Source: Negaprion brevirostris
Lineage: Eukaryota
Assembly: GCA_030324005.1 (NCBI GenBank)
Contig: JARDVH010000132.1
Span: 90,855,561-90,919,560 of the forward strand
Direction of reading: 5' to 3'
Length of the DNA stretch: 64,000 nt
In this document: positions 36,969 to 50,739 of the stretch, piece by piece
Position numbering within the stretch: the stretch's first letter is position 1
How the letters are laid out: each line of letters begins with the position of its first letter
Made by a program: the position numbers and the translations under genes
The notes under the pieces: generated by a model
Told to the model about the DNA's origin: nothing
Database searches by the model: none
Seen by the model: only the letters and a program-made list of their open reading frames with translations

Positions 36969-39952
36969 ACATTTTTTTTGTTGGTACAACATTAAAATTG
37001 GACTGCAGCTCTTGCATGAATTTTCTAATACAATTTGCCAGTGCATTGCATTTTACAAGCCTACTGCATAGTATTTTATAGCGTTCCTTAGAGATTGTTT
37101 TATAGCTGCAGCCAAACCCTGCTGTTGAGGTTCAAAATAACCTAATCTGAACTTCCTGTTCATAAAAAAAACAGTGGAAAAATTAATTATTTTATTACTA
37201 TGAAGACACCTATTCAAATAAATATTTGTGGGGCATGTTACTTCACTTCCAATTTAATAGATTTCTCTTGGCAAAAAGCTAGTCATGACTGCAAAATATG
37301 ATTGTATATTAGAGGTTTCTGAAGAAGATAAACTTGTTATATGTGAAAACAAATCTTAAGCAGAATAAAAACAATTTGCTGCTGAGAGCTGTTTTTCATC
37401 GAGACCATATTGAAAAGATCACGTGAAATATGTATTCTAAGCACTATGGTAATAGAAGTATGATATAAATCACAGTACAATAACGGAAAGGAAATAGCAA
37501 ACAAGAACATACAACATTAAAATGTAAAACTAGAAATATTTCAAGCCAAGGTCAGTTCCATGGGATATTCAGATGATAACAATATTGTGTAATTTTAAAA
37601 GAAGATTGTAAGTTTTTTTTCTAGAAACAATGAAACAACTCCTATTTTAAGCTATTGAAAGAAGATAATTTCATGTTTAATGACCAATTACTCCATAATG
37701 ATTGAGAAAAATCCAAAAAGAATTATTATTTTGTGATTGAACATTACACTGATGGAAACTGTACTGCTGTCAACTTGTATCATTAACATCAAAAATATGG
37801 ATTGATATGTTTCTTGAAAGCATTAGTGTGTGTATTTTAAAGACCTGTACAATGCAATATTGTATTGCCTGAAAGAAGAAAATCCACAAACTTAGCAGCA
37901 CAGTTTCACTGAATAATAGGTATGAGATTGGGGGCAAGGGTCCGGTCACACACAAGAAAGGCTGACGCAAGTCCGTCAGGGGCTTTTAACTCAGCCACTG
38001 CATTACCATTGCAGTTCTGTTCCAGGACCAGTTAACGTGTATATATGAATTACCCATTTGAAGCACTTTCAACTAGTTAAAGGGGCACTCCAAATGAACA
38101 CAACAACAGGAATTGACAGAATGGAGGCTAGACTTGAAAAGTCTACATGTGCCACTGGGGCTGTAAAGGTCCATGGCAGGATATGCTTCCCCACAGATAG
38201 GAAGGTGAAACAAAGAAGGCATGGCCACATTCAGTGCCAGGAATGTGGGACCTTGCTCATGGATTCGGTGCCAAAATTGATTTTAGTGACCTAAATGGAG
38301 CAAAAAAGCTGAGAACTTTCAACTGCATTCTGATGTGTGCATCACACCAATTCACACCTTCTTCAGCTTAATCTAGCACATCTTTTCTCAGAGCAATTTA
38401 CTCTGGATTGCACTCATCCCTCTCTGTCTATGTACTTGCTCACGTCTCCATCATCATCCACCACTGACACTCATCTTCGCCCCCTTTTTAATGTTATGCC
38501 TTTACCTCATTGTCAACCTCAACAAATGTTCTACATTCGTCTATTCACCTATAACGTTACTGTCACTTTTGGGTCTCTTTCCCCTCTTGCAGAAGAGAAC
38601 ACAGGAGATGAGAACAGGAAATGGTCTTTTAAAATCTCGAAGGTGACAGTTGTAGTGGAGGTAGTTTACTGTACCTGGATGATCACTTAAAATATTGTTT
38701 CTTGACAGTTCCAAACAATATCTTTAATCTCCCACGGGGCCTTCAAATGCCCTTCAGGAAGTAGTGCAAGGGGACGACAAAGTTTCCTCAGAGGGGGAAT
38801 ACTTTCTCTGTGGATGCACTCTATTAGGGGTCATACAGACAGCAAAATAACTCAGACACTAAAATTGACACCCCTTTCTCCTGAGGGTTATGTGTGCAGC
38901 CTGATGTGTTGGAGTTAAACATGGAAGTTGATCGTTTGGAGCCTGCTTGCCAAAGTGTTTGTAATTTTTCAGGAGTTAACCCCACAGCCAACCACAGACA
39001 AATATTGGATTAGTCATTTATTCGGGTGGGTGAGGGGAAATGAAAGGGAGCAATGAAAATCAATTTTTCAAATTTCTCAAAACCAAGGCCTGCATTTTCA
39101 GATTTCTCACCTGATGAAAGTAGTGAGGGGACAGAATGTTGGCTGCCACTGTCATAGTTGTCTGAAGAATGTTCAGCTGACTGTAAATTTAAATCTGGTC
39201 CTATGACATTTGTAGAAACCAATACCATTTTTGGGTTGACCAGGGCAGAATATGTTCTGCGCCTGCTTCAGCTAGTGTCAACTAGCGGCATGACTTTGGA
39301 GGAACAGGAAAATAAATTAAAGTTAATAAATGCTGGCCTTTTTCCCCAACCCCATGAACAAATTGATTTGTTTTAAGTCATGCATTTGCATGATTAGAAT
39401 GGTGGAGGGCAAAAGGTTGGAAACAGGACAAATGGATAGCTTTAGTAGGTTGGGTTTAGGATGATGGGACTCAATTTTTGCTCAAGTGACTTCGCCATTA
39501 TCCCTGCCATATAGAGTTCACAATCTCTAACCACGCTGCTGCTAAAAAATTGTGAATGATATTGATACCCCTATAATGAGAGGGGAAATCAATTTGTATT
39601 CCTGTTGTAACATCCACCTTTGTGGATTTCAGATGAGAAATTGTATACAATCTCTAATTGTTGAACTTTTCATTAAAACAAGTTACAGTAGTAAACAATA
39701 ACAAAAATTGTTCTCTGAGAGGGGGGACTTGAAAATTCATTGGTAGCACCACTATTAAATAAGCTGACTATGTCTTGAAAGGCATGGGTGTCAGACTTGA
39801 CCTGTGGTAAGTAGTGAAAGAAGTAGCATTAAGAAAAATCCTACATGCTTTTCCCTTACCAATCAACCTATCACGGATGCATCCGTCACTGGTAGTATTG
39901 GTAGGAGTGACCAGTATGCAATCGTTGTGGTGACAAAGCCCCCACTCATATT

Positions 39953-40268
39953 GTTAGCCATGGCTCTGTAGGTAGTGCTCTCACATCGGTCACAAGGTCC
40001 TGGGTTCAAGTCCCACTTCAGGGCTTGAGCACAAAAGTAAAGGCTGCTGGTCCAGTGCTGTTCTGAGGACGTGCTGCACTGTTGAAGGTGCCATCTCATC
40101 GGATGAGGTTTGGCCCCATCTGTCTGCTGTGCTGCACATAAAACATCACCACAGCAGTATTCAAACAAGAACAGAGGAGTTATCCTTGGTGTCCTGACCA
40201 ATATTTATGCCTCAATCAACATCGCAAAAACAACTTACCTGGTCATTATCGTACTGCTGTTTGGCAGT
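39953..40268 (+). mobile_element. DeuSINE (SacSINE1-like), ends in a gap
   Basis: A box (tggctctgtaggtag), B box (gggttcaagtccc), Deu domain gtgctgcactgttgaaggtgccatctcatcggatgag...ggtgtcctgaccaatatttatgcctcaatcaacatc...ctggtcattatc. Confidence 0.9.
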
Positions 40269-40544
40269 NNNNNNNNNNNNNNNNNNNNNNNNNNNNNNNN
40301 NNNNNNNNNNNNNNNNNNNNNNNNNNNNNNNNNNNNNNNNNNNNNNNNNNNNNNNNNNNNNNNNNNNNNNNNNNNNNNNNNNNNNNNNNAGTTTTTTTTA
40401 ACATTTGAGGACACCCTTCATCATGCTGTATGACACTGCCCCTGTGCTAAGTGGGATTGATTCAGAACAAATCTAGCAGATCAAATCTGAGCATCCATGG
40501 AATACTGTGGGCCATCAGCAATACAGAATTGTATTGCTTCAGAA

Positions 40545-42550
40545 TTGTAACTTCACGATCTGTTATTTCCTTCACTCTGTTGTTAGCATCAAGCCAGAAG
40601 ACCAACCCTGGTTCAATCAGTAGTGTACAAGAGCATGTCAGGAGCAGCACCAAGCAACTAAAAATGAGGTGTCAACAAGGTTTAGCAACAGCACAGAACT
40701 ACGTGCTTGCTAACCAACAGACTACAGATAGAGCTAAGTGATCACACGACCAATTGATGAAATCAAAGCCCTGCACTCTTGCCACATTGAAGAATAATGA
40801 GAAATCAAACAATGAACAATAAAAGGAGAGTTTAAGAATATCCATGTCCTAACGATGATAGAGCAAAGCACAGGAGTACAAAGGACAGTACTGAAGCATT
40901 TGCAACCATCTTCAGTCATGACTGCCAAGTAAATGATGACCTTGACCTCCTGCTGTAGTTACCACCATCACAGAACCCAATATTTAGCCAATTTGATTCA
41001 TGACATCCAACAAAATAAATAGTGGGGCACATTAGATGCTGCAAATTACATTGGCATCTACCCATAAAGTGGAAAATTACCCAGGTATATCCTGTCTGTA
41101 AAATGCAAGAAAAATCCTGTCGAGTTAAATACTGTCCAATCAGTCTACTCTCAATAATCAGCGAAATGGTAGAAACTGTTGCGGTCACCTTCCATCAAGT
41201 GCCACTTATTCAGCAATACTCTACTCACAGATGTTTGGTTTGAGTTTAGCAGGGACAACTCATTAACATCTTGTCCAAGCATGAACAACTGTATTCTAGA
41301 GGAGTGGTGAGTGTGACTCTTCTATCGACATTAAGGTCTGGAGACCTAGTAAAATTGAAGTCAATGAGAATCATAAGGAAATGCTCCAATACCTTGAAGC
41401 TGTACCTAGCACAAAGGAAGATTGCTGTATTTGTTGGAGGCCAATCATTTTATCCCCAGGACATCACAGCAAGAAATTTTAAGGGCAGCCCAAGACCCAA
41501 CATCTTTCGTTACTTCAGCAGTGATCTTCCCCCCCATTGTGTGGTCAAATAACAATGTTTGCTGATTATTTGTAATGTCCAGTTAGGCAGTCATTTTATT
41601 CCATTCAGAACTCCTCAGGAAGTGAAGCAGTCGATGCCCACATGCAGCAAGACCTGAACAACATTCAGGCTAGCTTTGCTAAAATGCAAGTAACATTCAC
41701 AACACAAGTATTGGATGTTGGCTATCTTTGACAAAAAAAAGTCTAACCACCTGGCCTTGACACTGAATGACATTACCATTGTTGAATTCCAGACCATCAA
41801 TTTCCTGGGGTAAATTCTTGACAAGAACCTTAATTGGATTAGCCACATAAATATTTTTTTCTAAATTAGGTCAGAAATTGGGTTAACTGCATAGAGTAAC
41901 TCACCTGACTGCGCAAACCTGTTTCACCATCTATAAAGCACAAGTTAGGAGAGTGAGGGAACATTCTCCATTTGTCTGGATGAGCATAGGTCTAATGATG
42001 TTTGAGAAATTCAACACCATCTAGTAGAAAGCAGCCTACTGGTTGACCCTGCATCTACTAACTTAAATATTCACTCCCTCCACCACTGGGATTTGCNNNN
42101 NNNNNNNNNNNNNNNNNNNNNNNNNNNNNNNNNNNNNNNNNNNNNNNNNNNNNNNNNNNNNNNNNNNNNNNNNNNNNNNNNNNNNNNNNNNNNNNNTGGG
42201 ATTTGCAGTGTATACCAACAACAGCTGCAGCAGCTTAATAAGCCTCAATTGACAGCACCAAATTCATATCTCTGCTGCTTAAAAGGACAAGGGCAGCAGA
42301 TTGATGGGCCCTTCACTGAATGCAAGTTCCCCTTCACGGCACTCCACCTTGACTTGAAAATAAGTAGCCATTCTTTCATAATCGCTGGGTTGAAATCTTG
42401 AAACTCTTTGCCTAACATGACTGTGGGAGTACTTTCACCAGACAGAATGCAGTGGCTCAAGATGATGATTCATATTCATCTTCTCAAAGACAATTAGGAA
42501 TGGGCAATAAATGTTGGCCTTTTCCCAAACATATACCTGCCTTGCATGAA
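40545..42550 (+). mobile_element. Family B CR1-group LINE, about 2 kb decayed ORF2 to 3' end
   Basis: KWKITQVYPVCKMQEKS..VKYCPISLLSIISEMVE; AVFVGGQS; colinear with 20440-21640; tail caattaggaatgggcaataaatgttggcc. Confidence 0.85.
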
Positions 42551-43249
42551 CAAATTTGATTGTTTTTGTCATGCTAGAATGGTTAGTGGGGAGGCAAAGA
42601 CGGTGGGAATAGGGTGAGTGGAGAGGTTTATTTTGTTTGCAGGGTAGATGACGGAATTCAACTTTGCTCCAGTGACTCCCCGACTCTCCCCATCATGCAG
42701 AGTTCACAATCTCACCTGGACCATCTGGAAGAAGGCTACTTCCAGATGAAAGGATTAAGAAAACTGGAGTGAATTAAATCTTGCTGCCCTTATGCAATCC
42801 TTAGCAATTGAGTTGAGGCACACTGTTTCTTCCCTGCTGTTTCGATTTGAAAAAAAATCAGATTGTGTTCTGTTGCCACAGTTGGGTATTAGATTTTGCT
42901 GTGGATCTGGAATACAAATACTGAGGAAAAACATAAGGTAAGAAAGAATGGTAAGTAAAGAATGCACATTGCATTTAAGCAAGCAGTTAAACTTAGACAC
43001 CATCAGCCTGCAGCATTATCTGTCCATGATAATTTGTCAGAGAACTGGATTGCCACCGATCAAGGATAATTCAGGGTGGCCTCATACTATTTCTGAACTT
43101 GGAGATGGCCATGCTAATGTTCTTAATTAACAATAAGCATTGGTTCACTGCAAAAATAAAATGCTGTGATTCTGTACGTGGCTTAAGGATTTATTTTTTG
43201 ACAGTACATCGATATATGTGTATTTACACAACATTGAAGTTAAAATTAT

Positions 43250-43660
43250 GGACCTGGATTTTAGTCTGGAGGCAAGTGGGGTGGAGTGCAGCTGTTGTAT
43301 GGTTGGGAAACCCAGAAGAACAGATTTCATGAATTTACCCCAGAATTTAACTGCAGAGCTTTTTTAAGTGAGGCTCCCCCACCCACAGCTAAATTATTTG
43401 ATAGGATGAAGCTTCTTATCAGGAATCCTGCTTCACAGGGCTGCAAGAAGTAAATGTACTGTTAGAGATATTGTGGGGAGAGGATTCAGATTGTTGGCTT
43501 TGGGGTGAGGGGGACTAGATGGGGGACCAAGAATAAGGGGTGTGGCTCCATTGTGTTGGATTGGAAGTGGGTAGTCAGTTGGATAGTGGTCAGGGAGGAG
43601 CAGAGAGATTGTGGGTACTGTGCGCACGAGTGAGTGGTGTACATTAGAAAATTTGGGCCT
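43250..43660. mobile_element. Probable Harbinger-type MITE
   Basis: Imperfect inverted ends gacctggatttt / aaaatttgggcc around a GC-richer interior. Confidence 0.45.
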
Positions 43661-45094
43661 GGTTGTTATGGCCCACAAGTAGTGCTGGAAAGGCACTTGT
43701 CACAGGATTCAGCTCTTCTTGCCTCCTTTAAGCTGCAGAGTTTCTTGAGGGCTGGAAAAGGCCTGTCGTTAAAAATAGAAAACTTGTTAAAAAGAAGATG
43801 CGCCCTCATTACAGTATTTAAATGACCAACCACTTATCTGCATACATGTTGGTCATCTGTCCCTTATCCCACTGTCACTAACACAAGAAGTGGGAGGCTT
43901 TAACATATATTTGGGTATGGTTGTAGACTTTTGTATTTTAACTATTGACATGGCCCCAATCACATTTTTGGGAGTTAATTTGCAGCTCAGACTTGAGCAA
44001 CACAGAAGCAAGCTATTCCGTCCATCAAGAAAGAACAATCTAACTTACCCGCTCCCTTGTTTCCTCCTGTAACCCTTCAGATCTTTCCTTTTCAAGCATA
44101 TATCAAACCTCCTTCAACCACCGTAACAACTGTGTGTAGAAAAAAAATCTTATTTCCCCTGATCCCTTTGTCATTGTCTTAACTTTGTGGTCTGTTACTG
44201 ACTGTCCTGCAAGTCAAAGCAGTTTATCCATATCTCCTTTGTGAAAACCTTCATAATTAGTTGATTTTTGTAAAACAAAGTTTGGGACAGCATTGTAATC
44301 CTGTTGAGAGAGTTAGAATTTGCATAAATCTTTTTATATTGTGATACAAAGATGCTACACTGGAGTTATCTCACACAACATGGTACACATTGCTAAATTA
44401 TGATAAATAGATCTAATAAATGTAAGAAAACAAACTATTATTGTATGTAAACTGATCATGTGTCACAGTTCTTTTTCCAAAAAAATGCACATTTTAGAAA
44501 TAATACATTGCAATATGCCATCAATTATTGAGTTTTTTTGCGTTCTCCATATGGATATTGTCTCAGTCCATTTTTCTGAAATCTATGGTTAAAACGTCAT
44601 AACACCCACTCCTTCAGTTGACTCACTTATTAACTAGTTATTGGTATTCTCACAGCATTTATTTATTTGCAATTTGATTTGAATGTAACTGTTTTTTGCT
44701 TTTCCTTCTCCTCCTCTGCACCAGGGCATATTAATCCTCATGGACATATGGAACCATGGTTTTTGAGGAATGGATACATCAATAAATCCTATAAATATAC
44801 TTATGATAGAGGGGTTTGTGTTTTTGCGCAGTACTGCATTTCTATCAATAGATGCCACTTATGCACTTTGCAAAGCACATTGTTGCACATGTTAGTAAAA
44901 ATGTGTTTATGATCTGGGCTCAGTTCATAATGCAGCTGTATTGTTAAAATGTAATGGTGAGCGCATCTACTTGGGTGGCTTATACTCCTGTGCTCCATAT
45001 TACAATTTTGGTGGGCAGCTTTAATATGTGTATTGCCCCTTAATTGCTGCATTATGTTATTTAATTAGAGAGATTACAATACTTGTTACAGAGG

Positions 45095-45475
45095 AATCTG
45101 GGTGTCCTGGAAAAAAGGGAGACAAATAGACTGTTGGTGTTTATTGCGAGGGAAACGGAATATAAAAGTAGGGATTGCTGCTGTAGAGGGAATTGGTGAG
45201 GTCACATCTGAAATAATGTGTACAGTTTTGGTCTCCTTATTTGAAAAAGGATATAATTGTGTTAGAAATAGTACAGAGAAGGTTCACTCGATTCATTCCT
45301 AGGATGAAGGGCTTATTCGATGAAGAAAGATTGCATAAGTTAGCCTATACTCATTGATGTTTAGAAATATGAGATCATATTGAAACATTTAAGATCCTGA
45401 AGGGACATGACATCCTGGTGGCACAGTGGTTAGCAGTGCTGCCTCACAGCACCAGGGACCCGGGTTTGATCACCA
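45095..45475 (+). mobile_element. CR1 3' fragment followed by a V-SINE tRNA head (45417-45475)
   Basis: gtacagttttggtctccttattt...gtacagagaaggttcactcg; then ggtggcacagtggttagcagtgctgcctcacagcaccagggacccgggtttga. Confidence 0.8.
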
Positions 45476-46047
45476 GTTTATCAGCACTTTGTCATATGGT
45501 TGCAAATGTCAAAGCTATTGAGGGTCATCATCAGTTTCAGCAGGGGCACAAAACCGACAGTGTTGAATTAACCGCCTATGAAATCTTACTTGATTTTCCT
45601 TTAAGCACAGAAATTGAATTTCTCTTACAGTATGTATTTCTTTTATCATCTAAAGTGTAGGTGTTTTTGGCGTTTTCATCTCCACAGCATAAAAATGCAC
45701 TGAATGGAAATAGAGCAGAACATACAACAGGTGGCGAATTCATTGGCAATGGCATGTGGCATTTCACCCTGATAAATTACAGGGGAATATGTAATGGCCA
45801 GCAAATCAAAATATTTTACCAGATCAGAAATATAGAAAACTGCAATTAATGTAGGCTAAACTGCTCACATAACAACAAAAGTAATTCATTTGTTGTAAAT
45901 CTCTTGGGAATGTCCCATAGTGCTATGTAAATTTATTTTTATAATTTTGTTTTCCTAGAACAATTTTTTGTTGACCAGTTATCTATCACGGCATGCTTTG
46001 CAGGTTGCAGGCATTATACAGCAGAGAATTATCTTTGCTCTATCTGC

Positions 46048-46660
46048 AGCAACAACAATGATAACTTGTATTTATATAGCACCTTTAACGTGATCTGTAT
46101 CCCAAGGTATTTCACGGGTGAGTCATATAGCAGAATTTGACACAGCTGCATATTAGGACAGATGACCAAACGTTTTATCAAAGTAGGGCGAGGACTTAAA
46201 ATTTCTGCTCAAAGCCAACAGACATTTGGCTCTTTCCAAATTTTTGTTCTTGCCCAAACTGATTCTTGCCACAGACAGGACAGGAAAATGCATCCTAAAG
46301 GAGGAAAACAAAATGGAGAGATGGCAACATTTAGGTTGGAAATTCTGGAGCTGAGGACCTTGATAGCTAAAGGCATAGTCACCAATGGTGGAACAATTAA
46401 AATTGGAGTTGCTGAAGAGACTAGAATTGGAAGAGCATAGATGTCTCAAAGGGTGTGGAGCTCGAGGTATTCCAAAAGTAGCAAGGAATGAGGCTTGAAT
46501 GGACTGGAAAACAAGGGTGGGAATTTTAAAACTGAAGCATTGTTTAACTGTGATCCAATAAAGTTCATTGAGAACGGGGTAATAGATGAACCAGATTTGG
46601 TGCAAGTAAGGACACAAGCAGCAGAGCGTTAGATAACCTCAAATTTATTGGGGGGGGGGG
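46048..46660 (-). mobile_element. L2 3' end containing a short MITE (about 46186-46290)
   Basis: aacttgtatttatatagcacctttaac tail; PVLNELYWITVKQCFSFKIPTLVFQS; insert aaaatttctgctcaaagccaacagacattt matches the 7358 MITE. Confidence 0.85.
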
Positions 46661-47974
46661 TGAAAAGGAGTGAAATGTTTTTCTACTTGAATGAATTTAA
46701 CTGAAAAGTATTATACAATCATTCACTTCAAGTTGAAGTCTAAAGTTGGGAAAACAGTACTCCTGGGGTTAAACAAAGGACATTTTTTTCATACTACTTG
46801 CTTCTGTAATGACTTTAGCATTGTATCTACCCCATGTAGCTGAAACATGCCAGCCATCTCATTACACTGAACATTTTACAAATTAAAATGTACATCTTTT
46901 TAATGATAAATTTGGGAAGTTCTGATGAATAACAAAACTGGAAATTATGAAATACTTTATATGAAAGTAAAATTGTGCAACAGTGCAATTTAATTAGTTT
47001 TGCCACACCACAATATTGTTCCAACAAGTCCTGTATAGTTTTAACGTGTAAACTTTTTATATGGCGGCCTTAATTTAAAACTGTCAAGGAGTGTATATAG
47101 ATCAATGTTTTGAGGGCCTTCTGCAATTTTCCCATCTACTCGTAGAAAAGTTAATAATACTAATCCACGGCTGGTTGCTATAGGAATTTTGGAATCTCTG
47201 ATGACTGCCAAGGCTGATCTATCTATCCTGTTTAACTTCCATGTAAAACTCAGTCCAAAAGGATTAAATAGAGTTTTACCATGCAATAAACACATTCCAG
47301 CTCTGAAGGGCTGGCTTACTCACTTTGGCATGACGTTTCTTTGGGAAAGGAATGGCATTTGTTATCTCCTTTGATAATTCAATAGAACACTAACAGAAGC
47401 ATATCAGATGTTGTTTGTTTTCACTTTTTGAACAGCTTTAAAACAACGGTTCTAATAATTCTGATATCTCTATCTTTAGGTTTAATAAATTAACCAAGAT
47501 TTTTAAAAATTCCTCCTTCATCTTCTAACACTTTCTTGCGGGAATTATCTCATAGCAAGACAACCCAGCCTGTGCATATCTCTACATGTGCTATGAGTAT
47601 TGTTCATAATTTAGAACATTACACACCAGTCATTTCTCTTTTTCCTCCGATCCAGAATCTGAATCTGAATGTGAATATGTTGCACTGAAGAACTGGAATG
47701 CTGCTCTGTCTTTCTTTTGGAGGGTTCTATGTTTTGATTTCAGACTTAGGCTATTAATATTTTAGTGAAATTTAAAACTTGTGCTGTTGTTGGAATGAAT
47801 GTTATATCTTGCATCCGGTTGATGACTTATGATTTTTAATAAGTAGGAGATTCCTTTGCCATGATTGGGAAGAAGTGTCAATTCAAAAGGATAAATATTT
47901 ATAAGCAATAGTCAGTAATGTTTAAATGTAATTAAGAACATGAGGAATTTATTCCTATTTCATCCTTACTAATC

Positions 47975-48315
47975 TTTTTAAGCTGGTAAGGCCAACAATT
48001 ATTGCCCTTGAACTGAGTGGCATGTGTGACCATTTTAGAGGACAATTATGAACCAACCATCTTGCTGTGAGTCTGGAATCATGTGTGGGCCAGACTCTGT
48101 AAGGATAACAGATTTCCTTCCCTAAGAGATATTAGCGAACCAGATGAGTTTTTATGACAATCAATGATGGTGTCATGGATGCCCATTACTGAGACTTCCA
48201 GTTTTTAATTCCAAACTTATTAATTCAGATTTTACCAGCTGACATGGCAGGATTTGAACCCGTGGCCTAAGAGGATGAACCAGGTCCTCTGGATCACTAG
48301 TCCTCCATATTGCCA
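47975..48315 (-). mobile_element. tRNA-derived SINE with a family B LINE tail
   Basis: Minus strand ggactagtgatccagagg...gggttcaaatcc (B box)...catctggttcgctaat..ttagggaaggaaatctg...cagttcaagggcaataattgttggcctt. Confidence 0.8.
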
Positions 48316-48699
48316 TCTCCTCCAAAACTTACTTCACTTATCCATAGAGTCAACTGAATGCAGAAGACATATGGTTAATATATGTGATGTAGTTCAGATC
48401 ATTGGTTTGCGGTATCCTCTTCAACAGTTTAATAATATTTTCTGGTGTAGGAAAACTTTAGTGCTGTGGTGAAGCATGCTTTTATTTTCAGAACAGCATA
48501 TAGTAAAGCATAGAATTTATGTGGATGACTATTTATTTCAAGGTCCACTTAAATAGCAACTAGGTGGTAAGATGGTATTTCATAAAGTAGAAATGTGCAT
48601 CTTTTGTATCCTCAAGTGTGAATATTGCAGCTTCCTTCTATACACAGACTGTTCTGTCCTAAGATTGGGTACTGATGTAAGATATGGTGGTTTTCATGA

Positions 48700-49085
48700 G
48701 ATGGTTCGATAACAAACAATGCGTTTAAGAGGAAAGTTTAGGTCATCATTGATGAACCTCTCACTCTTTATGTCCTCAATTTGAAGGGCTTCCTTTGGGC
48801 CGGTGCTTTTGAATGTCTGTTGCCAGGAAAAAATTATTCAAGACATCTTTTGTCCCCAGTGCTTTAAGCTTACGAAATAACAATGTAAACTCAACCTGCT
48901 GTTTTTATTTGTTTTATTTATACAACCAAATAGCAGAGTGCAATGTGTTACATTTGTATGGTATGAATATATGTTATAATTGCACAAATGTGTGAATGTC
49001 AACATACATGAAATATTCACTTTTTAAATTAATGCCTGAGTGATTATATGTTATTCTGGAGGTGAATCCAAGGACAAGTTTCCGC
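48700..49085 (+). mobile_element. Old Rex1/Babar LINE 3' fragment
   Basis: IIDEP....PQFEGLPLGRCF...ARKKLFKTSFVPSALSLRN resembles IIxDPSHPL..F.LLPSGRR...SFIPSAIRLLN. Confidence 0.65.
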
Positions 49086-49634
49086 TTTTGCATGACCCAG
49101 AGGTAGATGCACTATTACATAATTCCCACATGGACACATCACTTCTTTCCTTGACACTCATGCAGAGGAAAAATTAACTAGCCATGGATCATAACCTGGT
49201 TGACAGGCCTGTTATATAGGTTGTTGAGACCAGAAGAGAAACAACAAACTTGGTCTAAAGTCTGTATCAATGGGCACCTGGACAGATTAGCTGATAGGGT
49301 GGGACGAGGCTCATGTAGATCATAACTAGTGGCTTGAACTGTTGGGTTGGATGACCTATTTCTGTGTTGTATACTTTTCTTTAGAATTGTATCAAATTTT
49401 CACAGACATGAAAATCTACTGCCCATTACGTCTTAAAAAAAATTGAGAAAGGAACAAAACGTAGGACTGCTCAAGTGTGTGTTCTGTAAGTCACTGTTAC
49501 AGACAAGAGGGGCATTAGTTTAAACAGCCCTAATTTCTCTTCTCAGTACCTGTCTATAAACAGCGAGGTGCTTTTCAGTTTTGATTTCCCCCATTATGAA
49601 TGGTGGCATATTTTCCCAACCCATAAATTTGGAG

Positions 49635-50519
49635 TGTTCCAATCCTCCAAGAATAACACAGGAAACTCGAGATAAGGTAAAAGAGGTTGATTTATTTCAC
49701 ACACATGAAACACAGGAAAGGAATTTTGTAACATTTTTCCTTTTGGCAATCATACAATAAAAGAGGGATCAGGGAAGAAAAGGAGTACAAGGTCAGATTA
49801 CAATAAAATGCATGGTTTTACATGAGTCTAGAATCAAATGACTTAATGTTTATTCAGAGGGTAGGTGACTGTCATGGAGTGATCTATCTTTCTGGAAGTG
49901 AAACTTCCATGAGGAGAGAAGGAACGTAGAGTTGAATTAGGCTGGAAGGTACCAGTTCCAATCTTCCAGTAGTTCAGTGTAGATAAGGCCCAGGGAATTG
50001 TACCTTAACACAGCTCTTTCTGCTGTTTCTGGTTTGATGGTAAGACAGCTAATGGTTATTTGCTTAGGGTTACTGTTCTTTTGGAGGTCAAACAGTCACT
50101 GATTATAAGTTCCAGCAGCTTATTACTTAAAGAAATTCAGACAGCTGAAGTCTTGGTCATGTGATAATGTGGTTTTGGGTTGACTAATGAGGTCTGCTGG
50201 TTGAAACCTGTTGTGTTTTGGAGCAAGTAATGATTGGGCCGTTAATGCCACATTGGATATTAGGAGTCACAAATAGCTGATTTTGTCCATAGCTTGCTGG
50301 AGCAGAATCCCATCTGCTAAACCATTGCGCTGAAATATTTATGCAATTCAAGAAGTGTTACATTCAAGGAGGTGTGAAGTGTTATCCTTTGTTCACTTTC
50401 GAACTGTTCAGAACTTCCAGAAGCTGATGTGTGATAAGATGGTGCCATTTTATCAGCCTATCAATTGTCCATTTTGAAAAAGAGAAAATAATTCTAAAGT
50501 AGCCAGGTTGATGGAAACA
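49635..50519 (-). mobile_element. Possible solo LTR
   Basis: TG...CA ends with short inverted similarity (tgttcc / ggaaaca); minus-strand AATAAA about 60 nt before the end; no TSD seen. Confidence 0.4.
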
Positions 50520-50739
50520 TTTTTTCTCTTCCTATCTCAACTGGGGCACCATTCTATAGGATGTCAGCAGGACTGCCAGTAGGCATGTAATAATTGGACT
50601 TGGTGCCCTTGGGTTAGGGAATGGAAAATCAGTCAGGGTTCGCTTCATTGTCAGCATTTAATAAGGTATTTTGCCATTTGTTATTCCCCATGAGGAACCA
50701 ACATCCAACACTTCAGCCTAGCGTGACAGTCTTGTGAGG

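Noticed and set aside
39953-40030. tRNA gene (A and B boxes)
   Set aside because: It continues directly into the Deu domain, so it is a SINE head. The same applies to the V-SINE heads at 45417, 5345, about 2230 and about 59010.
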